Positions 10,191 through 19,998 of a stretch of 64,000 nucleotides of DNA are shown here, in pieces. This DNA comes from Bacteroidota bacterium. Lineage in GTDB: Bacteria > Bacteroidota > Bacteroidia > AKYH767-A > OLB10. The notes under the pieces are model-generated. The model was not told the origin of the DNA. It searched no databases and saw only the letters and a program-made list of their open reading frames with translations. Where the stretch lies: assembly GCA_046303115.1 (NCBI GenBank), contig JBKCGZ010000100.1, positions 10,928 through 74,927 of the forward strand, in the 5' to 3' direction. The translations under genes were made by a program, and so were the position numbers. Position 1 is the first letter of the stretch. Each line of letters opens with the position of its first letter.

Positions 10191-11237
10191 TTATTTTTCT
10201 TTTAAGAGCAAAAGATACGTTGGCAAGTGGTCAGAATAACCACCTTGATAGATATTAAAATCAAAGGTGCGTAATGGATAACCTTTATATCTTCCTGTTT
10301 TTTGAATCATAAATTCCTTGCTAAAGATATTCGCCTTCTGAAAGAAAAATCCTTTCTGGTCTTTAAGCATAAATGCATTGGAAATAATAATTTGATCAAA
10401 AAGATTCCAAGCATCGCCATATGCTAAAGTTCCAATTCCTTCTTTGTAGTAAGATACCCAAGGATTATACAAGCCGTTCTCTTTTATTTTATCAACGTTA
10501 CCCGTTGCACCTAATGTTTTTGTTACACTCGGACTAACAGGATCATCGTTTAGGTCTCCCATTAAAACGATTTTCGCATTGGGGTCAACGGCATTGATTG
10601 AATCTATTTTATGTTTTGCAACTGATGCTGCTAAAACACGGTTTGGTGCCGAAGCTTCTTCTCCTCCACGGCGGGATGGCCAGTGATTAATAAAAAAATG
10701 CATTGGTTCTCCATCATACATTCCGTACACATACAAAACATCGCGAGTGTAATAAGGATTGCCATCATCGCCTTTCATTGGAACAAAGAGCGGTTCAGAA
10801 GATATTACCTTAAAATACTTAGGATTATAAATCATTCCTACATCAATACCTCTTTTATCAGGAGAATCAAAGTGAACAATTTTATATCCTCGAGGTTTTA
10901 ATTTAGGTTGGTTAATTAGATCTTGTAAAACGGTGATATTTTCAATTTCAGCTACGCCAAGCACAGAAAATCCATCAGGCGTAACTTCGGTTCCTATCTG
11001 CGACAAAACCGACTCTAATTTTGTTAGTTTATCTAAATATACTGTAGCCGTATAAAGATTTGCCCCTGTAGGAGTAAAATCTTCATCATTAACTTCGGGC
11101 TGATTGATGGTATCAAATAAATTTTCCAGGTTATAAAATGCAACTATTCCTGCTTTATACTGTTTTTCCTGTGCATTTGCTGATTGCAATCCAAGGGCAA
11201 GGATTGTAATAATCAGACACTTAACTATTTTTTGCAT
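10191..11237 (-). CDS. Secreted endonuclease/exonuclease/phosphatase (EEP) family protein
   Basis: 348 aa with a signal peptide ending ANAQ. Shows an EEP-like pattern (FYNLENLFD..., GDLNDDP, SDHLP at the C-terminus). Confidence 0.75.
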   Translation of the reverse strand: MQKIVKCLIITILALGLQSANAQEKQYKAGIVAFYNLENLFDTINQPEVNDEDFTPTGANLYTATVYLDKLTKLESVLSQIGTEVTPDGFSVLGVAEIENITVLQDLINQPKLKPRGYKIVHFDSPDKRGIDVGMIYNPKYFKVISSEPLFVPMKGDDGNPYYTRDVLYVYGMYDGEPMHFFINHWPSRRGGEEASAPNRVLAASVAKHKIDSINAVDPNAKIVLMGDLNDDPVSPSVTKTLGATGNVDKIKENGLYNPWVSYYKEGIGTLAYGDAWNLFDQIIISNAFMLKDQKGFFFQKANIFSKEFMIQKTGRYKGYPLRTFDFNIYQGGYSDHLPTYLLLLKEK

Positions 11238-11336
11238 TTTATTTTATGATTTTCGGATACAAACCTATAAAAAGCATAGGATTTATCTGCGATAATCCTT
11301 CACAATTTGACATTATACCTATTCATGTCAATTTTC

Positions 11337-11366
11337 TTTGTAGCTACAGATTATATTTTACCTTTG
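11337..11366 (+). promoter_or_regulatory. Candidate Bacteroidota promoter (TTTG-N18-TACCTTTG) for the TonB-dependent receptor operon
   Basis: -33 TTTG at 11337-11340 and -7 TACCTTTG at 11359-11366, 20 nt upstream of the ATG at 11386. Confidence 0.5.
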
Positions 11367-11385
11367 TCATCCCTTAAAACTAATC

Positions 11386-14160
11386 ATGAAAATAAAGTAT
11401 TTAATTCGATTCGCATTGATCTGCTTCATGCTGACGCCTATGATGTTGATGGCACAAAACGCCACACTCAAAGGAAGTGTGAAAGATGCAGAAACACAGG
11501 ATGCTTCTGCTAGTGCAGCTATCAATCTGAACAATCCAGGCTTCAGAGCTAATGTTTTGTCAAACCCTGATGGGACATTTGAATTTAAAGATGTTCCGTA
11601 TGGAAAATACACGCTAACAATTGACCTGGATGGATTCAATCAGACAATTTTAAGTGTAGAGGTTAATCAACCAGTAGTTGAAGTATCTGTTGTAAACATG
11701 GTGCACATTGATTTAGGTGACGATAATATCCCAACTGTTTCACTAGGCGACGATCAGGTTAAAGAAACTACTAATGCCAATGTTAGTGGAGTTTTAACTT
11801 CTACAAGAGATCCATTTGAGTCTGCGAGTATGTTTACTTTCAGCGCAGCACGCTTTCGTCCGCGTGGTTATAACTATGAAGACCAAACTTTCATGAACGG
11901 ATTATTAATGGAAGATCTTGTGAATAGTCGGGGTTTATATAGCGCATGGAGCGGGTTAAACGATGTGGTTAGAAGTCGTGAGAGCACTTACGGACTTAAC
12001 CCATCTACCTATGGATATGGTGGATTAAATGGATCAAATAATATTGATGCTAAAGCGAGCAGACAGCGTAAACAATTACAAGTTTCCTATGCTCTATCAA
12101 ACAGAACATATGATAACCGTTTAATGGCAACTTATGGAACCGGACTAATGAAAGGAGGTTGGTCATTTGCAGCATCTATCAGTAGAAGATGGGCTGATGA
12201 AGGTTATGTTCAAGGAACATTCTACAATGGGATTTCTTGGTTCGCCAGTATCGAGAAAAGATTTGGAACGAACCATAGCATCAGTTTAACCCAATTTGGT
12301 GCAAATACTGTCAATGCAAGAGCTACTGCTGCTATCCAAGAAGTTTATGATTTAGCGGGTAGTAATTATTACAATCCTAGTTGGGGATTCCAAAACGGAG
12401 AAAAAAGAAGTGCAAATATTGGACGTCAGGCAAGTCCTTTAACAATTTTGGCTCACGAATGGAAAATTGACAGTAAATCAGATTTAAAAACATCAGTAGG
12501 CTATCAATTTGGTTCTTACAGTGTAACTGGACTTGATTGGTTCAATGCTCCTGACCCTCGTCCGGATTTTTATCGTCGTCTACCAAGCTACATCGACGAT
12601 CCTACCATGGCTGCACAAGCCGCTTATTTATGGCAGACAGATGAATCATATCGCCAAATTGACTGGGAGAATTTATATGCTGTAAATATGAATAACTACG
12701 AAACGATTGATAGTGCCAATGGAATTGCAGGCAATTCAGTTTATGGTAAGAGAAGCCGCTATATTGTCAGTGAAAGAGTTCAAGATACAAAGCGCTACTC
12801 CCTATCATCCACTTACAATAGTACTATCAACGACAATTTAATTGTTACTGCAGGATTAAACATTCAGCATCAAGAAACAGAATATTACCGTCGTGTAAAT
12901 GATTTATTAGGAGGTGACTTTTATGTTGACTTAAACCAATTTGCTGAATTAGCTTATCCTGACAGTTTCCAGGTATTACAAAACAATCTTGATGTACCTA
13001 ACAGAATTCTTCAGGTGGGTGACAAATACGGATACAATTACAAAGCAACTGTTAATAGAAAAGGATTCTGGATTCAGCCACAATTTAAGTTTAACCGTGT
13101 AGATGGATTTGTTGGAATTCAGGTGATGAATACATCTTATTTCCGTACAGGATATTATCGTAGTGGTGTTTTTCAGGATAATTCATTGGGAGAGTCTACT
13201 CAAGAAACATTTAACAACTACGGAATCAAGGCTGGAGCAACTTACAAAATCAACGGTAGAAATTATATTTTCTTAAATGCTTCTAATGAAACAAGAGCAC
13301 CATTATTTGAAGATGTATTTATTTCTCCACGTACTCGCGACTTAACTAATCCGAATGCTACAAATGAGAAAATTATGTCTATTGAAGCAGGTTATTTGTT
13401 GAGAGCTCCAAAAACAAAAATAAGAGCTACTGCCTATTACACACAGATGAATGATGGAATTAACAACCTTACATTCTTCCATGAAGATTACAGAACATTG
13501 GTGAACTACTCATTGAGTAATATGGATAGAAGACATGTTGGAGTTGAGATTGGCGCAGATCATAATTTAGGACAAGGTTTTTCGGCTTCAACGGCAATAG
13601 CAATTGGGCAGTATTTTTATACTGACCGAATGAATGCCATTATTACTGCCGATAACACTTCACAACTATTAGCAGAGAATGAGACTATTTATTCGAAAAA
13701 CTTTTATGTAGCTGGTGGGCCGCAATCGGCTTATACATTAGGTTTAAGATACCGTGCAAAGAAATTCTGGAATGCTTATTTGAACTTGAATTATTTCGAC
13801 AAAATCTGGTACGACTTCAATCCTGCTCGTCGTACTGTGACTGGTGTAGCGCCTTACAGTGAAGGAGCTATTCGTGAAGCAATTATTGATCAGTTGCAGG
13901 CGAGTGGACAGTTTACAATGGATATTTCTTTTGGTAAGTCATGGAAGTTAAACAACTACTTTCCATCAATGAAAAAGCAAACTTTCTTCTTGATAAATAT
14001 TGGCGTTAATAACGTATTAAACAATACTAACATTATTACTAACGGTTACGAACAGCTGCGATTTGACTTTGCTGAAAAAGATATTAACAAATTCGCACCT
14101 AAGGCTTACTATGGCTTCGGAACTAACTATTTTGTAAACTTCACCCTTAGATTCAATTAA
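11386..14160 (+). CDS. TonB-dependent receptor-like outer membrane protein with N-terminal carboxypeptidase-regulatory-like domain
   Basis: 924 aa. Signal peptide, then GSVKDAETQD...GKYTLTIDLDGF (CarboxypepD_reg-like), a plug-like segment and a long beta-rich region ending FTLRFN. No SusD partner is present. Confidence 0.75.
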   Translation: MKIKYLIRFALICFMLTPMMLMAQNATLKGSVKDAETQDASASAAINLNNPGFRANVLSNPDGTFEFKDVPYGKYTLTIDLDGFNQTILSVEVNQPVVEVSVVNMVHIDLGDDNIPTVSLGDDQVKETTNANVSGVLTSTRDPFESASMFTFSAARFRPRGYNYEDQTFMNGLLMEDLVNSRGLYSAWSGLNDVVRSRESTYGLNPSTYGYGGLNGSNNIDAKASRQRKQLQVSYALSNRTYDNRLMATYGTGLMKGGWSFAASISRRWADEGYVQGTFYNGISWFASIEKRFGTNHSISLTQFGANTVNARATAAIQEVYDLAGSNYYNPSWGFQNGEKRSANIGRQASPLTILAHEWKIDSKSDLKTSVGYQFGSYSVTGLDWFNAPDPRPDFYRRLPSYIDDPTMAAQAAYLWQTDESYRQIDWENLYAVNMNNYETIDSANGIAGNSVYGKRSRYIVSERVQDTKRYSLSSTYNSTINDNLIVTAGLNIQHQETEYYRRVNDLLGGDFYVDLNQFAELAYPDSFQVLQNNLDVPNRILQVGDKYGYNYKATVNRKGFWIQPQFKFNRVDGFVGIQVMNTSYFRTGYYRSGVFQDNSLGESTQETFNNYGIKAGATYKINGRNYIFLNASNETRAPLFEDVFISPRTRDLTNPNATNEKIMSIEAGYLLRAPKTKIRATAYYTQMNDGINNLTFFHEDYRTLVNYSLSNMDRRHVGVEIGADHNLGQGFSASTAIAIGQYFYTDRMNAIITADNTSQLLAENETIYSKNFYVAGGPQSAYTLGLRYRAKKFWNAYLNLNYFDKIWYDFNPARRTVTGVAPYSEGAIREAIIDQLQASGQFTMDISFGKSWKLNNYFPSMKKQTFFLINIGVNNVLNNTNIITNGYEQLRFDFAEKDINKFAPKAYYGFGTNYFVNFTLRFN

Positions 14161-14191
14161 CCAAAATAATAAACCGATAAACATCAACCAC

Positions 14192-15730
14192 ATGATACTT
14201 CGTAAAAAAATCCAATTTAACGCATGGCTGATTATCTCAGCATTAGCCCTTGTGTTTACCTTTAACTCTTGTCGCGATGACCAATTCGATGAGCCACCTA
14301 TTACAGGTGAAGACCCAGGCTTAAGCGTAAATATGACTTTAGATTCACTAAAGACTATTTACAAATCTCAATTGACAAATTACTCGTCGATTCCGTACAT
14401 TAAAATTGATAATGATTGGACTATTAAAGCAACCGTTATTGGTGATGACAAAAGTGGTAACCTATACAAAACAATGGTTGTTGATGATGGTACTGCGGGG
14501 ATTGCCATCAAATTAGACCTTTCAAACTTCTATACGGATTACCCTGTAGGTCGTGAAGTTTATGTAAAGCTTAAAGGATTAACATTAAGTTATTATGGTG
14601 GCTTAGTACAAATCGGAGGATTTAAGGACACTGTTAATGCGACGCCAAGTTTAGCTTCAATTCCTGCTTCCTTAGTACGTAACTACATCATTGGTGGTAA
14701 ATGGGGAAATACAGTCACACCATTCACAGTTAACTTTGCAGACTTAGGCGCTGATGGAAAGAGTGCAGCTTCATACAAATGGCAAAGCCGTTTAATTAAA
14801 ATCGAAAAAGTACAATTTCAGTCGGGAGATGCTGGTCAGGTTTGGGCTAACCAACCTGCTTTGGGATCTGTGAATCGCTATTTAGAGTGTTGTTATTCGT
14901 TTCCTTCATCAATCGGAGGAATCATTGTTAGAACAAGTGGATACTCCGATTTTGCAAATGATTTAACTCCTACAAATTCCGGATCTATCATCGGTATTTA
15001 TAGTGTTTACAGCACAGACAAACAATTAACATTAAGAGACCCGTCTGATTGTTTAATGGATACAGCTCGATTTACTTCTGGAGCATGTGGATCAGCGCCA
15101 GTACCTCCTCCTCCGGCTGCAACATTAACGACAATTGCAAATATTCGTTCACAATATACGGGATCATCAACCACAGTTAATGGTAGTTATAAGATTACTG
15201 GTGTAGTTATTTCTGATGCTACATTCCAAAATTTAAATAGTCAAAATGTAGTAATTCAAGATGCTACAGGTGGTATTGTTGTTCGTTTTGATGCTACACA
15301 TTCATTCGCTATAGGTGATTCAATAGTTGTTAATGTAACAGGCCAATCATTATCAGAATACAACGGTTTATTACAAGTTGGTGGAACATCACCATCTGTT
15401 CCAATCGCGTATGGAACTAAAGTAGGTACTGGTACAATTACCCCTAGAGTTGTTACTGCAGCGGACTTAATTGCCAATATGATCGGAACGCAGAGTTGGG
15501 AATCAACATTAATTAAAATCAACAATGTTACATTTTCTACTGCAACTTTTACCACTTCTACTAATGTTGTAGATGCAACAGGTACAGTATTGTTATATAC
15601 TGATTGTACAGGTACATTCCAAGCAACATTTGCGAATGCTGCAATTCCTGCGGGTACTTCAGTAACTGCAATTGTATCGGAATTTAATGGGTTACAATTA
15701 AATGTTCGATCACCATCAGACGTAAACTAA
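14192..15730 (+). CDS. Surface lipoprotein with two OB-fold-like repeats (DUF5689-like)
   Basis: 512 aa with a lipobox FNSC. It has an internal duplication (aa 76-143 and 333-398) separated by a PPPP linker. The DUF5689 label is from memory of this gene neighbourhood and was not searched. Confidence 0.55.
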   Translation: MILRKKIQFNAWLIISALALVFTFNSCRDDQFDEPPITGEDPGLSVNMTLDSLKTIYKSQLTNYSSIPYIKIDNDWTIKATVIGDDKSGNLYKTMVVDDGTAGIAIKLDLSNFYTDYPVGREVYVKLKGLTLSYYGGLVQIGGFKDTVNATPSLASIPASLVRNYIIGGKWGNTVTPFTVNFADLGADGKSAASYKWQSRLIKIEKVQFQSGDAGQVWANQPALGSVNRYLECCYSFPSSIGGIIVRTSGYSDFANDLTPTNSGSIIGIYSVYSTDKQLTLRDPSDCLMDTARFTSGACGSAPVPPPPAATLTTIANIRSQYTGSSTTVNGSYKITGVVISDATFQNLNSQNVVIQDATGGIVVRFDATHSFAIGDSIVVNVTGQSLSEYNGLLQVGGTSPSVPIAYGTKVGTGTITPRVVTAADLIANMIGTQSWESTLIKINNVTFSTATFTTSTNVVDATGTVLLYTDCTGTFQATFANAAIPAGTSVTAIVSEFNGLQLNVRSPSDVN

Positions 15731-15752
15731 ATTTATAAATCAAGAATTTTTC

Positions 15753-15788
15753 AAAAGAGCCGCTAAAATGAGCGGCTCTTTTTTTTTG
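15753..15788 (+). terminator. Rho-independent terminator
   Basis: AAAAGAGCCGCT-AAAAT-GAGCGGCTCTTTT followed by a T-run, directly after the 15730 stop. Confidence 0.85.
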
Positions 15789-15831
15789 AAATTAATTTTT
15801 AGAATTTGAATGATACCATTTAATGGAATAT

Positions 15832-15839
15832 TACCTTTG
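15832..15839 (+). promoter_or_regulatory. Candidate -7 promoter element TACCTTTG upstream of purH
   Basis: Matches TAnnTTTG, 32 nt upstream of ATG 15871. The nearest TTTG (15805-15808) is 23 nt away, slightly longer than the usual spacing. Confidence 0.4.
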
Positions 15840-15870
15840 CGTGCTTTAATTCCCAATTAATTAAAGCAAT

Positions 15871-17358
15871 ATGACTAAGACGATAAAATCGGCGCTACTC
15901 TCTGTTTTTCATAAAGACGGTCTTGACCAACTAGTAACTTCCTTACACAAAAACAACGTGCATCTATACGCTACAGGTGGCACATTCGACTTTATAAAGG
16001 CGATGAATATACCTGTAACACCAGTTGAAAACATCACTGGATATCCTTCTATTTTAGATGGCCGTGTGAAGACCTTACACCCTGCTGTTTTCGGAGGAAT
16101 TTTAGCAATTCGTGACAATGAGGAACATAGGGTTCAAATGGAAAAATATGAGCTTCCATTTATCGATTTAGTCGTTGTTGATCTTTACCCTTTTGAAAAA
16201 ACAGTTTCATCAGGAGCGAGCGAAGAAGACATCATAGAAAAGATTGATATCGGTGGAATTTCATTAATCAGAGGAGCCGCAAAGAACTTTAATGATGTAG
16301 TGATTATTCCTTCAGTAAATGATTACGCAACCTTACAGAGTATCTTAGACAATCAAGCAGCCACAACATCCTTAGAAGAAAGAAAGAAACTAGCGATGCG
16401 TGCATTTGCAGTTAGTAGTCAGTATGACGGAGCTATTCATTCATGGTTTAATAAGTCAGAAAATACAGTATTGCGATATGGTGAAAATCCACATCAGCAG
16501 GCTTCATTTTCTGGCGATTTGAGTGCTATGTTTGACCAGTTAAATGGCAAAGAATTATCGTATAATAATCTACTCGATGTAGATGCAGCAATGGGATTAA
16601 TTCAAGAGTTTAACGATCCTACAGTTGCTATTATCAAGCATAACAATGCTTGCGGAATTGCCTCAGGAAAAGATGTTAAAGATGCTTGGGATAGAGCATT
16701 GGCAGGAGACCCTGTTTCAGCATTTGGAGGAGTGATTGCGACGAATCAATCTATTGATAAAGACACAGCAGAAGAAATCAATAAATTATTCTTCGAAATC
16801 CTTATTGCGCCAGGATTTTCTTCGGAAGCTTTAGAAATATTAAAATCGAAAAAGAACAGAATCATCCTAGTTTCAAAACCATTTGAATTCCCCCAAACAA
16901 ACAGAAGAAGTATTTTAAATGGAGAATTAATTCAAGAAAGAGATCATCATACAGAAACAGCAGCTGATTTTAAATTCGTGACTGATAGTAAGCCAACCGA
17001 ACAGGAAATTGCTGATTTAATTTTTGCTGCTAAGGTGGTAAAACACACAAAAAGCAACGCTATCGTATTGGTTAAAAATGGACAGCTTTGTGCGAGCGGA
17101 ACAGGACAAACCTCTCGTATTGATGCCTTACAGCAAGCCATTGCAAAGGCAAACCATTTTGGCTTCGAGTTAAAAGGGGCTGTAATGGCTTCAGATGCCT
17201 TCTTCCCATTCCCTGATTGTGTTGAAATTGCAGCCAGTGCTGGCATCACTGCAGTAGTACAACCGGGCGGGTCTGTTAAGGACCAAGATTCTGTCGATAA
17301 ATGCAACGAATTAAAAATTTCGATGGTCATGACAGGATTTCGTCATTTTAAACATTAA
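15871..17358 (+). CDS. purH: Bifunctional AICAR formyltransferase / IMP cyclohydrolase
   Basis: 495 aa. N-terminal MGS-like domain (ALLSVFHKDGL, GGILA) and C-terminal AICARFT (GENPHQ, SDAFFPF). Confidence 0.95.
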   Translation: MTKTIKSALLSVFHKDGLDQLVTSLHKNNVHLYATGGTFDFIKAMNIPVTPVENITGYPSILDGRVKTLHPAVFGGILAIRDNEEHRVQMEKYELPFIDLVVVDLYPFEKTVSSGASEEDIIEKIDIGGISLIRGAAKNFNDVVIIPSVNDYATLQSILDNQAATTSLEERKKLAMRAFAVSSQYDGAIHSWFNKSENTVLRYGENPHQQASFSGDLSAMFDQLNGKELSYNNLLDVDAAMGLIQEFNDPTVAIIKHNNACGIASGKDVKDAWDRALAGDPVSAFGGVIATNQSIDKDTAEEINKLFFEILIAPGFSSEALEILKSKKNRIILVSKPFEFPQTNRRSILNGELIQERDHHTETAADFKFVTDSKPTEQEIADLIFAAKVVKHTKSNAIVLVKNGQLCASGTGQTSRIDALQQAIAKANHFGFELKGAVMASDAFFPFPDCVEIAASAGITAVVQPGGSVKDQDSVDKCNELKISMVMTGFRHFKH

Positions 17359-17489
17359 GATTAAAAAAAATTCAATAATTTCAACCACTTTTGCGTTATT
17401 AAAAATTGTTTGAATAATTGCTTCAATAAAACATCAATCAAACTAGTAAATCTGACAAGTGAAATTGTCGTAAAAAAAGAATAGCAGGC

Positions 17490-18512
17490 ATGGGAATTTT
17501 TGACTTACTCACACAGGAGATAGCAATCGATTTAGGGACCGCCAACACACTGATCATTCACAATGACAAAGTAGTTGTTGATGAGCCTTCGATTGTAGCA
17601 ATAGACAGAACAACGGGAAAGGTAATTGCCGTTGGTAAAGCAGCGATGTTAATGCACGGTAAGACCCACGAGAATATTAAAACTGTTCGTCCTTTGAAGG
17701 ATGGTGTAATTGCCGATTTCGAAGCTGCGGAGCAGATGATAAAGGGAATGATTCGCATGATAAATACAGGCAGCAAATTATTTTCTCCATCCTTAAGAAT
17801 GGTAATTTGTATTCCTTCTGGCATTACTGAGGTGGAAAAGCGTGCGGTTCGTGACTCTGCTGAGCATGCGGGAGCAAAAGAAGTTTATTTAATTCATGAG
17901 CCTATGGCTGCTGCAATCGGTATCGGTATCGATGTAGAGGAGCCTATGGGAAATATGATTATAGATATTGGTGGTGGTACATCTGAGATTGCAGTTATTG
18001 CGCTTGGAGGAATTGTGTGCGATGAGAGTATTCGTATGGCGGGTGACGGTTTCACAACAGACATTTGGGATTATATGCGTCGCCAGCATAACATTTTGAT
18101 TGGTGAAAGAACTGCTGAAAGAATTAAAATTGAAGTTGGTTCGGCATTACCTGAATTAGAAAACCCTCCAGCAGATTTTGCTGTACATGGTCGCGATCTA
18201 ATGACAGGTATTCCGAAAGAAATTGTAGTAAGCTATCCTGAAATTGCACATGCATTAGATAAATCGATTAGCAGCATTGAAGAATCTATTTTGAAAGCAT
18301 TAGAAGATACTCCTCCAGAATTAGCTGCAGATATTTTCCGTACTGGAATCTATTTAACGGGTGGTGGTGCTTTACTTCGCGGATTGGATAAGCGTATTTC
18401 GATGAAGACTAAATTACCTGTTCACGTAGCTGAAGACCCACTTCGTGCGGTAGTACGAGGTACTGGTATCGCATTAAAGAACATTCATCGTTTCAAGTTC
18501 TTACAACACTAA
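17490..18512 (+). CDS. mreB: Rod shape-determining protein MreB
   Basis: 340 aa with actin-like motifs (IDLGTANT, IDIGGGTSE, LTGGGALL). Confidence 0.97.
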   Translation: MGIFDLLTQEIAIDLGTANTLIIHNDKVVVDEPSIVAIDRTTGKVIAVGKAAMLMHGKTHENIKTVRPLKDGVIADFEAAEQMIKGMIRMINTGSKLFSPSLRMVICIPSGITEVEKRAVRDSAEHAGAKEVYLIHEPMAAAIGIGIDVEEPMGNMIIDIGGGTSEIAVIALGGIVCDESIRMAGDGFTTDIWDYMRRQHNILIGERTAERIKIEVGSALPELENPPADFAVHGRDLMTGIPKEIVVSYPEIAHALDKSISSIEESILKALEDTPPELAADIFRTGIYLTGGGALLRGLDKRISMKTKLPVHVAEDPLRAVVRGTGIALKNIHRFKFLQH

Positions 18513-18544
18513 TTTCCATTTAAAAATACAAGAAGCAAGAAAGC

Positions 18545-19387
18545 ATGAGGACGCTTTTTGAATTGATATGGCGCAACCACTTTGTTGTACTGTTCGTTGC
18601 CATACAATCATTTTGCGTCTATCTGATAGTGCAGAATAATCGTTATCAGCATGCCTCGTTTTTTAATTCTTCCAATGCAGCGGTTGCAAAAATCAACGAA
18701 GGAGTTACATACTTTAAAGAGTATATTAGTTTAAGAGAAAACAATCAGTTGCTGGCATCTGAAAATGCACAATTGAGAAATATGCTAAGTAAAATATCAC
18801 AGGTACGAGATACAACCAAGCCATCTGTGGTTGATACATTGCAGAAACAGCAATACACTTACATTACTGCCAAGGTAGTAAACAGCTCTACAACATTACC
18901 GAATAACTTTCTTACAATCGATAAAGGAACAGCCGATGGCATCAAGCCTGAAATGGGAGTTATTTGTGGAAGTGGCGTTGTTGGAATTGTTCAGCAGGTA
19001 AGTACACATTATAGCACTGTAATGACGCTATTACATACTAAATCGAAAGTGAGTGCTAAAATCAATGCCAATGGATTTTATGGTTCACTGGTTTGGGGCG
19101 ATGACTTAAATGCACATGAATCAATTTTAAAAGATATTGACAAAACGGTTCCGGTAAAAAAGGGTGACACCATTTCAACAACAGAATTCTCTGCATTATT
19201 CCCTGCTGGAATCATGATTGGAAAAGTGATAGAAAGCAAGTTGAACCCAGGATCTAATTTCAACGCAATTAAAGTTGGCTTGAGCACGAACTTCAATAAC
19301 TTAAGTTATGTATATGTAGTCGACAATTTGAAAAAAGACGAGCAGAGAAAACTGGAAGAAGCAACTCAAAAGTCTAACGAGCAATGA
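18545..19387 (+). CDS. mreC: Rod shape-determining protein MreC
   Basis: 280 aa with an N-terminal TM, a coiled-coil (LRENNQLLASENAQLRN) and beta-rich domains. Sits in the mreBCD position. Confidence 0.85.
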   Translation: MRTLFELIWRNHFVVLFVAIQSFCVYLIVQNNRYQHASFFNSSNAAVAKINEGVTYFKEYISLRENNQLLASENAQLRNMLSKISQVRDTTKPSVVDTLQKQQYTYITAKVVNSSTTLPNNFLTIDKGTADGIKPEMGVICGSGVVGIVQQVSTHYSTVMTLLHTKSKVSAKINANGFYGSLVWGDDLNAHESILKDIDKTVPVKKGDTISTTEFSALFPAGIMIGKVIESKLNPGSNFNAIKVGLSTNFNNLSYVYVVDNLKKDEQRKLEEATQKSNEQ

Positions 19388-19896
19388 TATTAAACATCCT
19401 ACAAATATTATTAAGATTTTTTATGCTTGTTGCATTGCAGGTGCTTATTCTTAATAATATTCAGCTTGGAGGTATAGTTAATCCTTACTTGTATGTTTTA
19501 TTCTTACTTACACTTCCTGTTCAAACCCCAAGAGTGTTATTACTTTTTATAGGATTTATTCTTGGAATCAGCATTGACCTATTTCAAAATTCGACGGGTA
19601 TTCATGCATTTGCTTGTGTCTTGATAGCCTTTATTCGGCCCAATTGGCTAAAGCTAGTAGCGCCTCGCGACGGCTTCGAGCCAGATGAGTCTCCAGAAAT
19701 TAGAAAATTTGGATTCCGTTGGTTCTTGGTATATGCTTCGGTGTTAGTGATTATTCACCATTTAGTTATATTTAATATCGAAATTTTTCGATTCAGCGAC
19801 TTTTGGTCGACGCAGTTGAGAGTATTATACAGCAGTGTTTTTACAATTGTATTGATTATCCTTTCGCAGTATCTTTTATACAAACCTGAAAAATAA
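19384..19896 (+). CDS. mreD: Rod shape-determining protein MreD
   Basis: 170-aa polytopic membrane protein. It overlaps the mreC stop by 4 nt, in the conserved operon position. Confidence 0.75.
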   Translation: MILNILQILLRFFMLVALQVLILNNIQLGGIVNPYLYVLFLLTLPVQTPRVLLLFIGFILGISIDLFQNSTGIHAFACVLIAFIRPNWLKLVAPRDGFEPDESPEIRKFGFRWFLVYASVLVIIHHLVIFNIEIFRFSDFWSTQLRVLYSSVFTIVLIILSQYLLYKPEK

Positions 19897-19998
19897 ATCA
19901 GGTTATTAATAATGGATAATTTTGTTGGATTATCTATCAAAACTTTTTTTCTTAAATCCATCGCTAATAATTAAAATCTGAATTAGATTTGTAAAGAG

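Noticed and set aside
11307-11639. ORFs 11307-11513 (+) and 11367-11639 (-) at the 5' end of the receptor gene
   Set aside because: They overlap the promoter and signal-peptide region of the 924-aa receptor gene, which has far better support. No independent evidence backs them.
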